Of a stretch of DNA of 64,000 bases, positions 52,872-63,906 are shown in pieces (the first letter of the stretch is position 1; each line of letters starts with the position of its first letter). A model generated the notes under the pieces. That model saw only the letters and a program-made list of their open reading frames with translations. It searched no databases and was not told the origin of the DNA. A program made the translations under genes and the position numbers. Source of the DNA: Bdellovibrionota bacterium (GTDB taxonomy: Bacteria > Bdellovibrionota_G > JALEGL01 > DATDPG01); the NCBI GenBank assembly GCA_035292885.1, contig DATDPG010000187.1, forward strand, positions 857 to 64,856. The letters are read 5' to 3'.

Positions 52872-53561
52872 CGTATCCCAAAATATTCGTAGGCTGTCGC
52901 GAATTGGCTTGACGCGGCTTTGCGGGATGTGGCGCCACCGGACCGGCACTTCGACAATTTTAAATCCGTGCTTTTTCGCGATCCAAAGGAGTTCAGCATC
53001 GAACGCAAAATGATCCAGCTTTTGACGTGAAAAACAGAGTTCCGCCGCTTCTTGGCCGAAGAGTTTGAACCCGCATTGCGTGTCTCGAAACGAGAACCCC
53101 AGGATCCTTCGAACGATGAAATTGAAACACCGACCCATCGCTTCCCGCCACCAGGGCTGGTGAATTTCCAGAACACTCCCCTCAAGATCCCTGGACGCGA
53201 TCACAATATGGCGGGGAGATTGGACGTACGGCAATAGTCGATCGAGCTCCTCGATCGGCGTGGCGTTGTCCGCGTCGGCGAACATCCGTATACGACCAAC
53301 CGCGCGATCCATTCCCTCCCGCACCGCCGCTCCCTTTCCCCGATTCGTGGGCAAACGAGTCAGCTCCAATCGCAGAGCGGAATATTTCCTAGAAAGATCC
53401 TGTGCGCGGGCGTGTGTCCCATCCGTACTCCCATCGTCCACCAAAATAACCTGTGTATTCGGATGTCGATGGACGAGCGAGTCGAGCAATTTCCCGAGGC
53501 AGCGATCTAAACGTTCCGCCTCGTTAAACATCGGAACGACTAAAGAGAGTTCGGTTTCCAA
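52845..53561 (-). CDS. family-2 glycosyltransferase (dolichyl-phosphate-mannose-synthase-like)
   Basis: 'LSLVVPMFNEAERL', 'VILVDDGSTDGT' and 'DADN'. The start is inferred as a TTG near 53561. Upstream, the six-frame ORF is non-coding-like. Confidence 0.65.
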   Translation of the reverse strand: METELSLVVPMFNEAERLDRCLGKLLDSLVHRHPNTQVILVDDGSTDGTHARAQDLSRKYSALRLELTRLPTNRGKGAAVREGMDRAVGRIRMFADADNATPIEELDRLLPYVQSPRHIVIASRDLEGSVLEIHQPWWREAMGRCFNFIVRRILGFSFRDTQCGFKLFGQEAAELCFSRQKLDHFAFDAELLWIAKKHGFKIVEVPVRWRHIPQSRVKPIRDSLRIFWDTLRIRWLHR

Positions 53562-53735
53562 ATCTCGGACAAAATATCGATCTCTGCGGGCCGGCGCTAG
53601 AAATAGTGTCGACCGGACTCTAAGGATCTTGCACCGGTCGGAAATTTCCGAAATCTTTGGGATCTTTCTTCGGATTGGACGCTCGAATGGAACGGATTCG
53701 GAACGGGAGGGAAGAACCAGTTCAACGCCACGTCC

Positions 53736-54527
53736 GTGGCGCTGGGAAGTGATTTGGTTTTCAAATGGCGTCCCGCGGAAGGAGGAAAATACAAAGCGTG
53801 CATCTGGCAGACGGAATATATCTACGGCGACGTTCGAAATGATCCCCTCCGTGGGAAAATCGGCGGGATTGCCAGCTGGCTCCCGAGTATCCTGCGCGGA
53901 GCAAGAAATCCGAAAGTTATGCCGGGAAATCCGGGTTATCTCGAAATCGGCCCGTCGATCGAACCGCTCGAAGTGCACACCGGCGCAATCACGCGCGCGG
54001 AAGGAGACGTCCATCCGTTTGGAAATCCCCATTTCACTCTGGACCCGATCCGAGTTGGCAAAGCCGCTCTTTTGGTCGCCGAACGACTCGGCCAGATCGA
54101 CACGCCCCATGCGGCGATTTATCTGGTCAATGCCGAGAAACTAAAAGGTCGGATGGAAGCCAAGAGCGCAACGTGGACCCAACGATTGGAGAAATCAAGG
54201 ATCAAAAAAATCATCACGTATCACAAGACGCTCACGTATTTTCTGGACCGTTTTCACATCGAAAATCCCGCCATTCTCGAGCCCAAGCCGGGGATTCCCC
54301 CGACCAGCGGACACATTTTGGAAGTCATTCAGATCGTCCGGAATCAGTCGGTTCCATTGATTCTCATCGAAAATTATTTCGATCCGACCGTCACACATCG
54401 AATCGTGGAACAGGTCCCTTCGGTCCGCACGGCCATCGTTCCGGTCGCCGTCGGCGGAGCGCCCGGAATCAAATCTCTCGATGATCTGTATGAAACCCTG
54501 GTCGCAACGATCGAGGCGAAAAAATGA
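53736..54527 (+). pseudogene. TroA/ZnuA-like metal-ABC substrate-binding protein, N-terminally truncated with no signal peptide
   Basis: 'DVHPFGNPHFTLDP', 'YHKTLTYFLDRF' and 'PGIPPTSGHILEVIQ' are cluster-9 binding-protein motifs. There is an in-frame stop at 53604 and no ATG or signal peptide. The N-terminal region would have to overlap the opposite-strand GT2 gene. Confidence 0.45.
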
Positions 54528-55357
54528 CGGCGGCTGAATGGACGGAGGTTTTTCGCTTCCTCGCGGCACCGTTCGTCATGTGCCTGATCCTGGCGGGTAT
54601 CCATTGTTACCTCGGCCTGCACGTCCTGGCCCGGGGAGTCATCTTCGTGGACTTAAGCCTCGCGCAAGTCGCAGCTTTCGGCGCGACGGTGGCCATCTTG
54701 TTCGGGTTCGAGCATCACGGGACGGCCACCTACTTTGTTTCGCTCGCCGCCACTTTTTTGGCCGCAGCGCTCTTTTCCCTTGCGCGCCGGCACGAAGAAC
54801 TCTTCCCGCAAGAAGCCGTTATTGGCATCGTTTACGCCCTTTCTTCCGCTGCCGTCGTGCTCGTGGTCGACCGGGCGGCTCACGGCGCCGAGCACATCAA
54901 GGATCTTCTCGTGGGGCAGGTATTGTGGGTCACGTGGGGAGATGTCTTTCGGACCGGTCTGATTTACGGTGCCGTCGGAGCGGTGCATTTTATCTTCCGA
55001 AAACCGCTCATTCGATCCTCCTTCGAAAAAGGGGAACGCACGACGCCCTTCTGGGATTTTCTTTTTTACGCCCTTTTCGGCGTGGTGATCACCTCGTCCG
55101 TAAGTCTCGCGGGCATCTTGCAGGTGTTTGCTTATTTGATCGTCCCTTCGGTAGTGAGCACGCTGTTTTGTAAATCGATTCGAGCGCGCCTCCTTTTCGG
55201 GTGGACTCTCGGATTCTGTCTGAGCCTTCTGGGCATCGTCTTCAGCCACCGGTGGGATCTCCCGGCCGGAGCATTCATCGTTGTATGCTTTACGTCCCTG
55301 CCGGTGCTTCTCCTCCTTCTTTTGCCGTTGACAAAACTTCTAGCTCTCCGGAAATGA
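54524..55357 (+). CDS. metal ABC transporter permease (ZnuB/TroC, ABC-3 family)
   Basis: Eight to nine transmembrane helices. ATGA overlap with the upstream binding-protein gene. Confidence 0.8.
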   Translation: MTAAEWTEVFRFLAAPFVMCLILAGIHCYLGLHVLARGVIFVDLSLAQVAAFGATVAILFGFEHHGTATYFVSLAATFLAAALFSLARRHEELFPQEAVIGIVYALSSAAVVLVVDRAAHGAEHIKDLLVGQVLWVTWGDVFRTGLIYGAVGAVHFIFRKPLIRSSFEKGERTTPFWDFLFYALFGVVITSSVSLAGILQVFAYLIVPSVVSTLFCKSIRARLLFGWTLGFCLSLLGIVFSHRWDLPAGAFIVVCFTSLPVLLLLLLPLTKLLALRK

Positions 55358-55448
55358 GGGCTCCGGCAGCCACCCACTTCGGAGGTAAATCAACCGGGCG
55401 AAGATCTCGTTCGATAGCACGGAAACGGTCGGGTCGCGTACGAATCGC

Positions 55449-55480
55449 CTAGTCAATTTACTCGCGAGTAAATTGACTAG
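55449..55480. promoter_or_regulatory. perfect 32-bp palindrome (candidate operator)
   Basis: 'CTAGTCAATTTACTCG|CGAGTAAATTGACTAG'. It lies in the 5' region of the DUF4143 ATPase gene, downstream of the metal-transport genes. Confidence 0.4.
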
Positions 55481-56618
55481 GACATCAAAACGATCTATAT
55501 TCAGGCTTGTGAATCGCTACCTGGAAAAATCGATCGCGCGGGATCTCCGGAAAAAAATGGTATTCCTGGGAGGGCCCCGGCAAGTAGGCAAAACCACGCT
55601 CGGGTTTCACCTGCTTTCCAGTAAGAAGAGTTACCTGAATTGGGATGTGCCGGAGCATAGGGAATCCATTTTGCGTCGTGAGTTCCCGCGCGGAAATCCC
55701 ATTTTATTCGACGAAATTCACAAATACAGATCGTGGAGAAATTATCTCAAAGGATTGTATGACAATCCTGATTTTGGAAGGCAAATCCTGGTGACTGGCA
55801 GTGCCCGATTGGACCTGTATCGATACGGAGGGGATTCTTTGCAGGGAAGGCATTACTACTATCGACTGCACCCCCTCAGTTTTGCCGAATTAAGAATGAA
55901 AACCAAAGCGGACCTTTTCGGACTCCTCGAATTGGGGGGATTTCCGGAGCAATTTCTAAATACATCGCGGGTCGATTCCAAGCGCTGGTCCAATGACTAT
56001 CGCACGCGCCTGATTCGAGACGACTTGCGTTCTTTGGAATCACTACAAGATCTTGGGAACATCGAGCTGATGATGCTCCGCCTCCCCTCGTTGGTAGGTG
56101 CTCCGTTGTCGCTCAATGCAATTCGAGAGGATTTGCAGGTCAGCCATCATTCGGTTCGACGTTGGTTGGATGCGCTTGAGCGGCTGTACGCATTCTTCCG
56201 GCTTCCTCCGTTTGGTTCGCCCAAAATTCGGGCTGTCAAAAAGGAACAAAAACATTACCATTTCGATTGGACGCTCGTTCAGGAACCGGGATTACGATTC
56301 GAGAATATGGTTGCCTGCCATCTGTTGAAATGGACTCATTTTCTCCATGATACGGAAGGCCAAAATCTGGAACTTCGGTATTTTCGGGATATCGACAAAC
56401 GCGAGGTTGATTTCGCCGTATTGGAAGATTCTTCACCCATCCTGTTTTTGGAATGTAAATGGGCGGACGAGAAGCTGCATCCGGGGCTCTTGTACCTCAA
56501 GGAGCGGTTTCCTAAGACCCGATCGGTCCAAATCGCAGCTCAAGGTTCCAGGGATGTGGTGCACGCAAGTGGTGTTGAGATCATGCCCGCCGAAAGATTC
56601 CTAGCGACATTAGTTTAG
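55473..56618 (+). CDS. AAA-family ATP-binding protein with DUF4143 domain
   Basis: 'GGPRQVGKTTL' Walker A and the C-terminal DUF4143-like region. The real start is probably the GTG at 55509 or later, because the annotated TTG sits inside the palindrome. Confidence 0.7.
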   Translation: MTRTSKRSIFRLVNRYLEKSIARDLRKKMVFLGGPRQVGKTTLGFHLLSSKKSYLNWDVPEHRESILRREFPRGNPILFDEIHKYRSWRNYLKGLYDNPDFGRQILVTGSARLDLYRYGGDSLQGRHYYYRLHPLSFAELRMKTKADLFGLLELGGFPEQFLNTSRVDSKRWSNDYRTRLIRDDLRSLESLQDLGNIELMMLRLPSLVGAPLSLNAIREDLQVSHHSVRRWLDALERLYAFFRLPPFGSPKIRAVKKEQKHYHFDWTLVQEPGLRFENMVACHLLKWTHFLHDTEGQNLELRYFRDIDKREVDFAVLEDSSPILFLECKWADEKLHPGLLYLKERFPKTRSVQIAAQGSRDVVHASGVEIMPAERFLATLV

Positions 56619-56688
56619 AGCGCCAAATTGCCTGCCGGCTGGATCCGGGGCGAGTTGCACCTTCCATTGATTGCCCATGATGGGCGCA

Positions 56689-56761
56689 CAAAAAAAAGGG
56701 CGCGGAGTTTTCTCCGCGCCCTGATTCTCTAGGCGGGGGACACCCTGCAGAGGGTGTCCCC
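56689..56761 (-). terminator. tandem intrinsic terminator hairpins downstream of groEL
   Basis: 'ggggacaccct-gcag-agggtgtcccc' and 'gggcgcggag-tttt-ctccgcgccc', the latter followed on the minus strand by U8. Confidence 0.7.
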
Positions 56762-56767
56762 TTCTCC

Positions 56768-58420
<1,653 letters not shown>

Positions 58421-58708
58421 TTACTCTAGGATCCCGAGAATCTCATCCTCACCGAGGATCAGATGCTCTTCGCCGTTGATTTTGATTTCGTTCCCGGCGT
58501 ACTTCGCAAAGAGGACGCGGTCCCCTTTCTTCACGGCCATGGGCTGAATTTTGCCGTCCTTGAGACGTTTTCCTTGTCCTACGGCTACCACTTTTCCTTC
58601 CATCGGCTTTTCTTTCGCCGTGTCGGGAATAATAATTCCGCCCTTTGTCTTTTCTTCCTCCGTGATCCGCTTGATCAGAACACGGTCATGTAACGGTTTA
58701 ATGGTCAT
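58421..58708 (-). CDS. groES: co-chaperonin GroES
   Basis: '[14 protein letters not shown]...[10 protein letters not shown]', 95 aa. Confidence 0.97.
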   Translation of the reverse strand: MTIKPLHDRVLIKRITEEEKTKGGIIIPDTAKEKPMEGKVVAVGQGKRLKDGKIQPMAVKKGDRVLFAKYAGNEIKINGEEHLILGEDEILGILE

Positions 58709-58986
58709 GTAGCCTCCTTTTTTGAGGTGTCTTTGGTTTTTGAATCAGACTTACTTTCGGATGTTCCAGAAGTCGACGAGCCGGACTCAGACGCTTTGCC
58801 AGGTTTTGCACTGGCGTAGCCGTCTTTATACCAACCGCCCCCTTTCAGGTGGAATGCCGTAGAAGAAATTAGCTTTCGCACTTTCCCTCCGCACACTGGG
58901 CATTTCTGTAACGGTCGAGCCTTAACTTTTTGAAGCTCTTCAAACCGATGCCCTTTGGAGAGGCATTCGTACTCGTAAATCGGCAT
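58705..58986 (-). CDS. FmdB-family zinc-ribbon protein
   Basis: 'MPIYEYEC...CPVCGG' and a Ser/Lys-rich tail. Overlaps the groES start by 4 nt. Confidence 0.6.
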   Translation of the reverse strand: MPIYEYECLSKGHRFEELQKVKARPLQKCPVCGGKVRKLISSTAFHLKGGGWYKDGYASAKPGKASESGSSTSGTSESKSDSKTKDTSKKEAT

Positions 58987-59076
58987 CCGTTAGAAAAAGT
59001 CTAATAATATTAATTGCCTATACCTGGTAATTGGCAGACACAGCGTCCACCTGCTAGCAGGCGAGGCGTACTTTAG

Positions 59077-59919
59077 TCACGGATGGACGGTTGTCAAGGA
59101 GGCTCTCCGCAGAAAGAGAGCCCTTGCGAGAATAGATCCCAAAATAATCGTCCCCCCAACCAGACACCACGGAGGCGGCCGTTCTCCCAAAAAGATCAGA
59201 ACCCAGATTGGATTGAGGACCGGTTCGATAAGGGGGATCAGCATCGCTTCCATGGCCGTCACTTCTTTGATGGCTTTCGCGTATAAAATGTACGGCAACG
59301 CGAGCTGAAAAACCCCCATCGTAACCAAGATGGCCGAGCCTTTATGAGAGGGGCCCGCGTCGAAATAAGCCGGGATGGCGATCACGCCTGCGAGACAGTT
59401 TCCCCAGAAAATGGATTGAATCGGAGAAGCGTGCTTTTGTATCCGGAGAAGTAGCGCGAGCCATCCAAAACTGAAACCGCTGACGATGGCCAGGATGTTC
59501 CCCCACACGTTGCCGATCGATAGATCTTCCACGAAGAAGAGACCCATTCCCCCCAACGCGACGAAGATCGTAATCCAATCCAACTTCGTCGCCTTCTCCC
59601 CGAGAAACCACGGAGCGAACAAGGCCACGTAGATCGGCGCTGTATATTGCAGCAAGATCGCATTGGCCGCCGTCGTAAGTTTGTTCGCGATCACGAAGAG
59701 CACCACAGTGGAAGCGTAAGCCACCGCGCCCAGAAGTTCCGATCGGGAGCGCGTAAATCGGAGCGGCCGGCAAAAAACTGCGATTACGCAAGCGGCGATG
59801 GCGCTCCGGGCACCGGCGATCGCGAGCGGCGACCAATCGACCGATTTGATGAGAATACCCGCCGTGCTCCAAAGAGTCGCGGCCGTCAGAAGGAGAAACA
59901 GCGCACTCGATCGCCTCAC
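59077..59919 (-). CDS. DMT-superfamily (EamA-like) transporter
   Basis: Ten transmembrane helices with a duplicated EamA pattern. Confidence 0.8.
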   Translation of the reverse strand: MRRSSALFLLLTAATLWSTAGILIKSVDWSPLAIAGARSAIAACVIAVFCRPLRFTRSRSELLGAVAYASTVVLFVIANKLTTAANAILLQYTAPIYVALFAPWFLGEKATKLDWITIFVALGGMGLFFVEDLSIGNVWGNILAIVSGFSFGWLALLLRIQKHASPIQSIFWGNCLAGVIAIPAYFDAGPSHKGSAILVTMGVFQLALPYILYAKAIKEVTAMEAMLIPLIEPVLNPIWVLIFLGERPPPWCLVGGTIILGSILARALFLRRASLTTVHP

Positions 59920-59979
59920 GAATCAATTCCCTTATGGCGATGAATTTCCGCGGTCTTTATCCGTGGCTCTGATCTGAGA

Positions 59980-62109
59980 TCAAGCGCGTCCCGTGTGCAC
60001 GATGCTCTCTCGGAGCCGTGTTCGAAACATGACCATCGGCAAAAGGATTCCCGCCGTCACGAGCAGCCACCAAAGCAGCACAAAACTCCGGCTTACGATC
60101 AGCAAGCGGAACGGCAGTACGCCGTCCTTCGGAATCGACGTCTCACGCAACCAGAGGCTTTGCTCCTCGAACGGGATGATCCGAGGCACCGGAAGGCCTA
60201 AATAGGTCTCCTCCTTCGCGATCTTTTCCTCCATCACGACCGCCTCCTGGTCTAGGTCCGCCGTCGCAACAGGGCCGGCGCCGCCTGAAACGCTCTTGCC
60301 TTTCGTGGCGAACCTTGCGCTCGGCCGATAATCCATCCCTTCGGCCATGATTCGCGACGGCTCTGATCGGAATGCCCTGTCGTTCTTCTTCACATCTGTC
60401 GTGCTAAGTCCCACGAGAAGGATGCCACCCACTGCAATCGAACCGAATGCCATGACAGCGAATACCACCGCCCTCCATGGGCGGGTGAACTGCTGCAGGA
60501 TGCACTCCCAAATAGCTCGGCGATAGCGCACGGCATACGCAACCGCCACCAAGACGAGAACCCAAACGAGGATGGGACCGAAAGCCAGACCGAGAAAGAA
60601 GAGCCCGGCCGAAGAGACCGACCTTGGCCACAATTCCCGCACGCCGAGATTCCGCAGCGCCGCATACCAGAGTAACGCAACGACGATCGCCCACAACATC
60701 AGAGGTGCGCTGAACCACGGCACCTGAACCTCTCCGAGTAGGTTTGCCGCCAAAATTTGGTGACGGTCCCCCAAGCGAATCTCCACATTGGCTTCGGGAA
60801 GCGCCGTCTCAGGTTTGACCAGTTTTTCGCGAAGGATTCCGAAGAACCGCGGCACGCGCGCCGACGGCTCATATTGAATTCGAAGATCGGTTGTGCCGGT
60901 CCTGAGCGGGAGAAAGAGCTCGTTCTTCTCCGTCTTGGCGAGGACCTGGGGAGTTCCGTCGGTGGAAGCGAAAAACGCCTTGCCGGGGAGACGGAATTGG
61001 AGACTCGGTTTCCCTTGATTTTGAAGCGTCCAATGCGCGTCGATCACGGCCTCTCCCTGTTCAGGCAAATGAATCAAATAAGATGAAGCTTGGCCGGTGT
61101 AACTGTCGGAAGCAAAGACTTCCCGAACTTTCGATTCCCATACCACCTCTTTCCCTTTTCCGATCAAGAATCCCATCGAAGCCTGGTACGAAGGACTCAT
61201 TCCCGTTTGCTCTACGCTGATGCGTGGCGGCTCCTTCGAAAGTTTGAGTGCGACAAGCGGATGGAATTCCAGAAGAAGGTACTGCTCTTCGTTGTCGAAC
61301 AACGGTACGAAACGATTCTGGGGTAGCTGCCCCGTCAGTGTGACCTGGGAGGATCCGGGCCGGAGTTCAAACACTGCTTCCTTATCGTTCAGCTCGTTCG
61401 CCAAATTGGTCTCGATTCGGCTGACGACTTCGTGGTTGAGGAGTTTCACCGGAAATCGCTTGGTCTCGGGATTCGGATTCTCAAAAGCGAGCGTATAGTG
61501 AAATCGGATCTGGTCTGTCGTCACGGTGAGCCTGTATCGGGGCGTTACGGCGATCTTCCCGTCCTGCGAACGGCGAGCCTGCATTGGCGCCTTTCGGGTC
61601 AAGAGCAATCGGAGGCCGCCCTGCTGGGAAACCTGCTCGGTCACGGAGGCATCGGTAATCGTGGCCCGGACATCCATGATCGACCGGCCAAACTGCAACG
61701 ACACCGATTCCTGCTGCCCCAGAAGCAATTCACACGAACCGGCCAAACGGTCCGATTGGGGGAGAAGCGTGTAACCGCTCTCAGCACGGCTGATCAACGC
61801 ATTTCCTTCACACCGACGCAGGCGAGTCGATTCGGCGAGCTGAATGAAATCAATTGCTGTCGGCGTACCGGACGACCGCCCACGAATCTGAAGCCGGAGT
61901 TTTCCATCCGCCAATCGGCCCGAAACCGCGACCTCTTCGATGATGGTGAGCGCGGGTCGCTTTTTCATATCTAAATACTCATGGTAGGTCTCGATCGGAA
62001 TCGTGACGGTAGCGTGGTCTCCTGTTTCCGCACCGGCCGGCAAAACATGGCCTACCCAAAGGAGGCACATTGTGAGAACCAACCGACTAAGATTCTTTCC
62101 GCATTTCAT
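59980..62109 (-). CDS. large hypothetical envelope protein: signal peptide, ~450-aa periplasmic domain, C-terminal multi-TM region
   Basis: Signal peptide 'MKCGKNLSRLVLTMCLLWVGHVLPAGA' and C-terminal helices ('LMLWAIVVALLWYAAL...', 'FVLLWWLLVTAGILLP'). Start taken at MKCG (62109). Confidence 0.5.
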   Translation of the reverse strand: MKCGKNLSRLVLTMCLLWVGHVLPAGAETGDHATVTIPIETYHEYLDMKKRPALTIIEEVAVSGRLADGKLRLQIRGRSSGTPTAIDFIQLAESTRLRRCEGNALISRAESGYTLLPQSDRLAGSCELLLGQQESVSLQFGRSIMDVRATITDASVTEQVSQQGGLRLLLTRKAPMQARRSQDGKIAVTPRYRLTVTTDQIRFHYTLAFENPNPETKRFPVKLLNHEVVSRIETNLANELNDKEAVFELRPGSSQVTLTGQLPQNRFVPLFDNEEQYLLLEFHPLVALKLSKEPPRISVEQTGMSPSYQASMGFLIGKGKEVVWESKVREVFASDSYTGQASSYLIHLPEQGEAVIDAHWTLQNQGKPSLQFRLPGKAFFASTDGTPQVLAKTEKNELFLPLRTGTTDLRIQYEPSARVPRFFGILREKLVKPETALPEANVEIRLGDRHQILAANLLGEVQVPWFSAPLMLWAIVVALLWYAALRNLGVRELWPRSVSSAGLFFLGLAFGPILVWVLVLVAVAYAVRYRRAIWECILQQFTRPWRAVVFAVMAFGSIAVGGILLVGLSTTDVKKNDRAFRSEPSRIMAEGMDYRPSARFATKGKSVSGGAGPVATADLDQEAVVMEEKIAKEETYLGLPVPRIIPFEEQSLWLRETSIPKDGVLPFRLLIVSRSFVLLWWLLVTAGILLPMVMFRTRLRESIVHTGRA

Positions 62110-62129
62110 AGATAGCTCCTTTGCGAAAC

Positions 62130-63099
62130 TTATCCCGCGACACGAAAAAGGAAAGGAAAGATCACTTCCACTACGCCGCCGCTCGGGGTTGGAAAGCTCA
62201 GGCTTTCGATCGTCTGACGAACGCACTCTTCCACGTCCTGATTTCGAAGCGTCGATTTCCGGATAACCGATCGGCTGACCCGACCGTCCGATCCGATGAT
62301 GAAGTTGCTGACAATTTTTCCCCGAAGGCCGGGTTCAATTTGAAGGGCCCGTTCATAACAGTAACGGATCCGCGGCAAGTGGTTGTCGATCACTCGCAGA
62401 ATCGCTTCCCGGGGGAGATTGCCCATAAAAAACGTCTCGTCTGGCTCGAGCGAAGCCGTGATTTGCGTCTCCCGACTCTTCGACGGTCCGAACCCCAATG
62501 AACCGCGCTTGGATCCGCCCGGACCGGTTCCATGATCCAATAATCCTTCGCCGATCGATTCTGTGGTGGCTCCGCCTCCCGGGCCGTCTCCGCGGATTGC
62601 CTTTCCCTCGAGGCGCTCACGACTGTCCGGAAGACCGTACCTACGTTCCCGGGAAAGTGTAGCGTCCGCCTTTTCCAACTCCTTACGGTTTACGGTCCAA
62701 AAGATGGTCGAAAAGATTACGAGCGAGTGTCCGCTCCCGAAGAATTCCAAGTAAACCGGCGCTCTTTTCGTCCATCCGGTTTGGAGTCCGGGAGTAGATG
62801 TTACCTCGCGGCCGTTCGCCTTCTTTTCCCAGTGCACGTTTACCCGGATTACCGCTTTCAACTCCGAATTTTGAAATCGCAAAACGGACAAACGCTTCGG
62901 ATGTTTGCGGCCGCACGGGTCTGGAAGAAAGATCTGAATGGGGAGAGGGCGATGAGAGAAGACGAACCGTTAACGGGGATGCCGCGGGAAGCATCAAGAG
63001 GACGGCGAAGATTGCAAAATGAAGGGCCTTCGAAACGAAAATCCAACGGATGAAGCTTCCGTCTATCCAGGCCGTCAGTTTCCGAGTTTGGATGTTCAT
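62130..63099 (-). pseudogene. TonB-like protein with AgmX/PglI-type C-terminal domain, split by a frameshift
   Basis: N-terminal ORF (62683-63099) has a cytoplasmic tail plus transmembrane anchor, 'FIRWIFVSKALHFAIFAVLLML'. C-terminal ORF (62130-62891) carries 'TFFMGNLPREAILRVIDNHLPRIRYCYERAL...GGVVEVIFPF', which is TonB_C/AgmX-like. The frames overlap by 209 nt. Confidence 0.45.
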
Positions 63100-63290
63100 C
63101 GCTCACTCCTTTTCCATTTCTCGCTCATGTTCAGGATACGAAAGGAGTGGCCGAGGATTGAAGCCCTCGGATCGTAAATGGTGATCAGCAGGTTTTACCT
63201 AGATTTTACAAAGGGAGAGCCGGAGAGAGACGATAAGACCATTTTAAAAGAGGCCCACATATCAAGGGTGACCCATGTTAGAATCGGGCG

Positions 63291-63479
63291 ATGAAGAAAA
63301 GGAGGAATAAAAAGCGTAACCGGGACCCGGTCGCCGAGAGACTGTTTGAATCGGAAAAGCTCTTTCGAGAAGCGCGGGAGCTTACCCCTTATACGTTTCG
63401 CCCTTTTTGGAAGACATTTGATTCCTTTGCCGAATACGAGCGGTGGAGACATGCCCAAAAAAATCCCTGGTACCGATAA
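63291..63479 (+). CDS. small hypothetical protein (62 aa); partner gene of nucleotidyltransferase module 3
   Basis: Overlaps the downstream nucleotidyltransferase gene by 29 nt. Basic N-terminus; 'FRPFWKTFDSFAEYERW' is loosely similar to the small proteins at 672 and 1415. Confidence 0.3.
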   Translation: MKKRRNKKRNRDPVAERLFESEKLFREARELTPYTFRPFWKTFDSFAEYERWRHAQKNPWYR

Positions 63480-63906
63480 CCGCGTCCTCTACGTCTGCAA
63501 GCTTCTCAATCGATATGAGGTCGATTATTTGGTCGCCGGCGCTGTAGCCGCTAATCTTCACGGAACCCTGCGGTCCACAAAGGATATCGATCTTCTGGTG
63601 CCGAAAAACCTCGAAAACATGAAGCGTCTCTTAGATGCCTTGTCAGAGCTTCCCTATGGGATCGCCAAAGACATCGATGCAGAAGAGATCGTCCACAAAC
63701 CCTTCACCATTGTCGGCGACGACCCGCGCGTCGATATTCTAACTGTGGCCGGGAAAACAACTTACGAAAGGGCTCGAAGGAGGAAAAAAATCCGGAAGGT
63801 ATCGGGAATCCCCATCCCCTACCTCGGCCTTTCGGATCTGATCGATTCGAAAAAAACGGGCCGGCCGCAAGACGAGGCTGATCTGCAGGTATTAATCAAG
63901 AAATGA
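63451..63906 (+). CDS. minimal nucleotidyltransferase-fold protein (AbiEii/MNT-like), module 3
   Basis: 'YLVAGAVAANLHGTLRSTKDIDLLV' and C-terminal 'KTGRPQDEADLQVL'. Paralogue of the genes at 838 and 1569. Start chosen at MPKK (63451). Confidence 0.65.
   Translation: MPKKIPGTDNRVLYVCKLLNRYEVDYLVAGAVAANLHGTLRSTKDIDLLVPKNLENMKRLLDALSELPYGIAKDIDAEEIVHKPFTIVGDDPRVDILTVAGKTTYERARRRKKIRKVSGIPIPYLGLSDLIDSKKTGRPQDEADLQVLIKK

Noticed and set aside
53260-54144. 294-aa plus-strand ORF spanning the GT2/znuA junction
   Set aside because: It is antisense to the GT2 gene and out of frame with the binding-protein motifs. Arg/Ser-rich.
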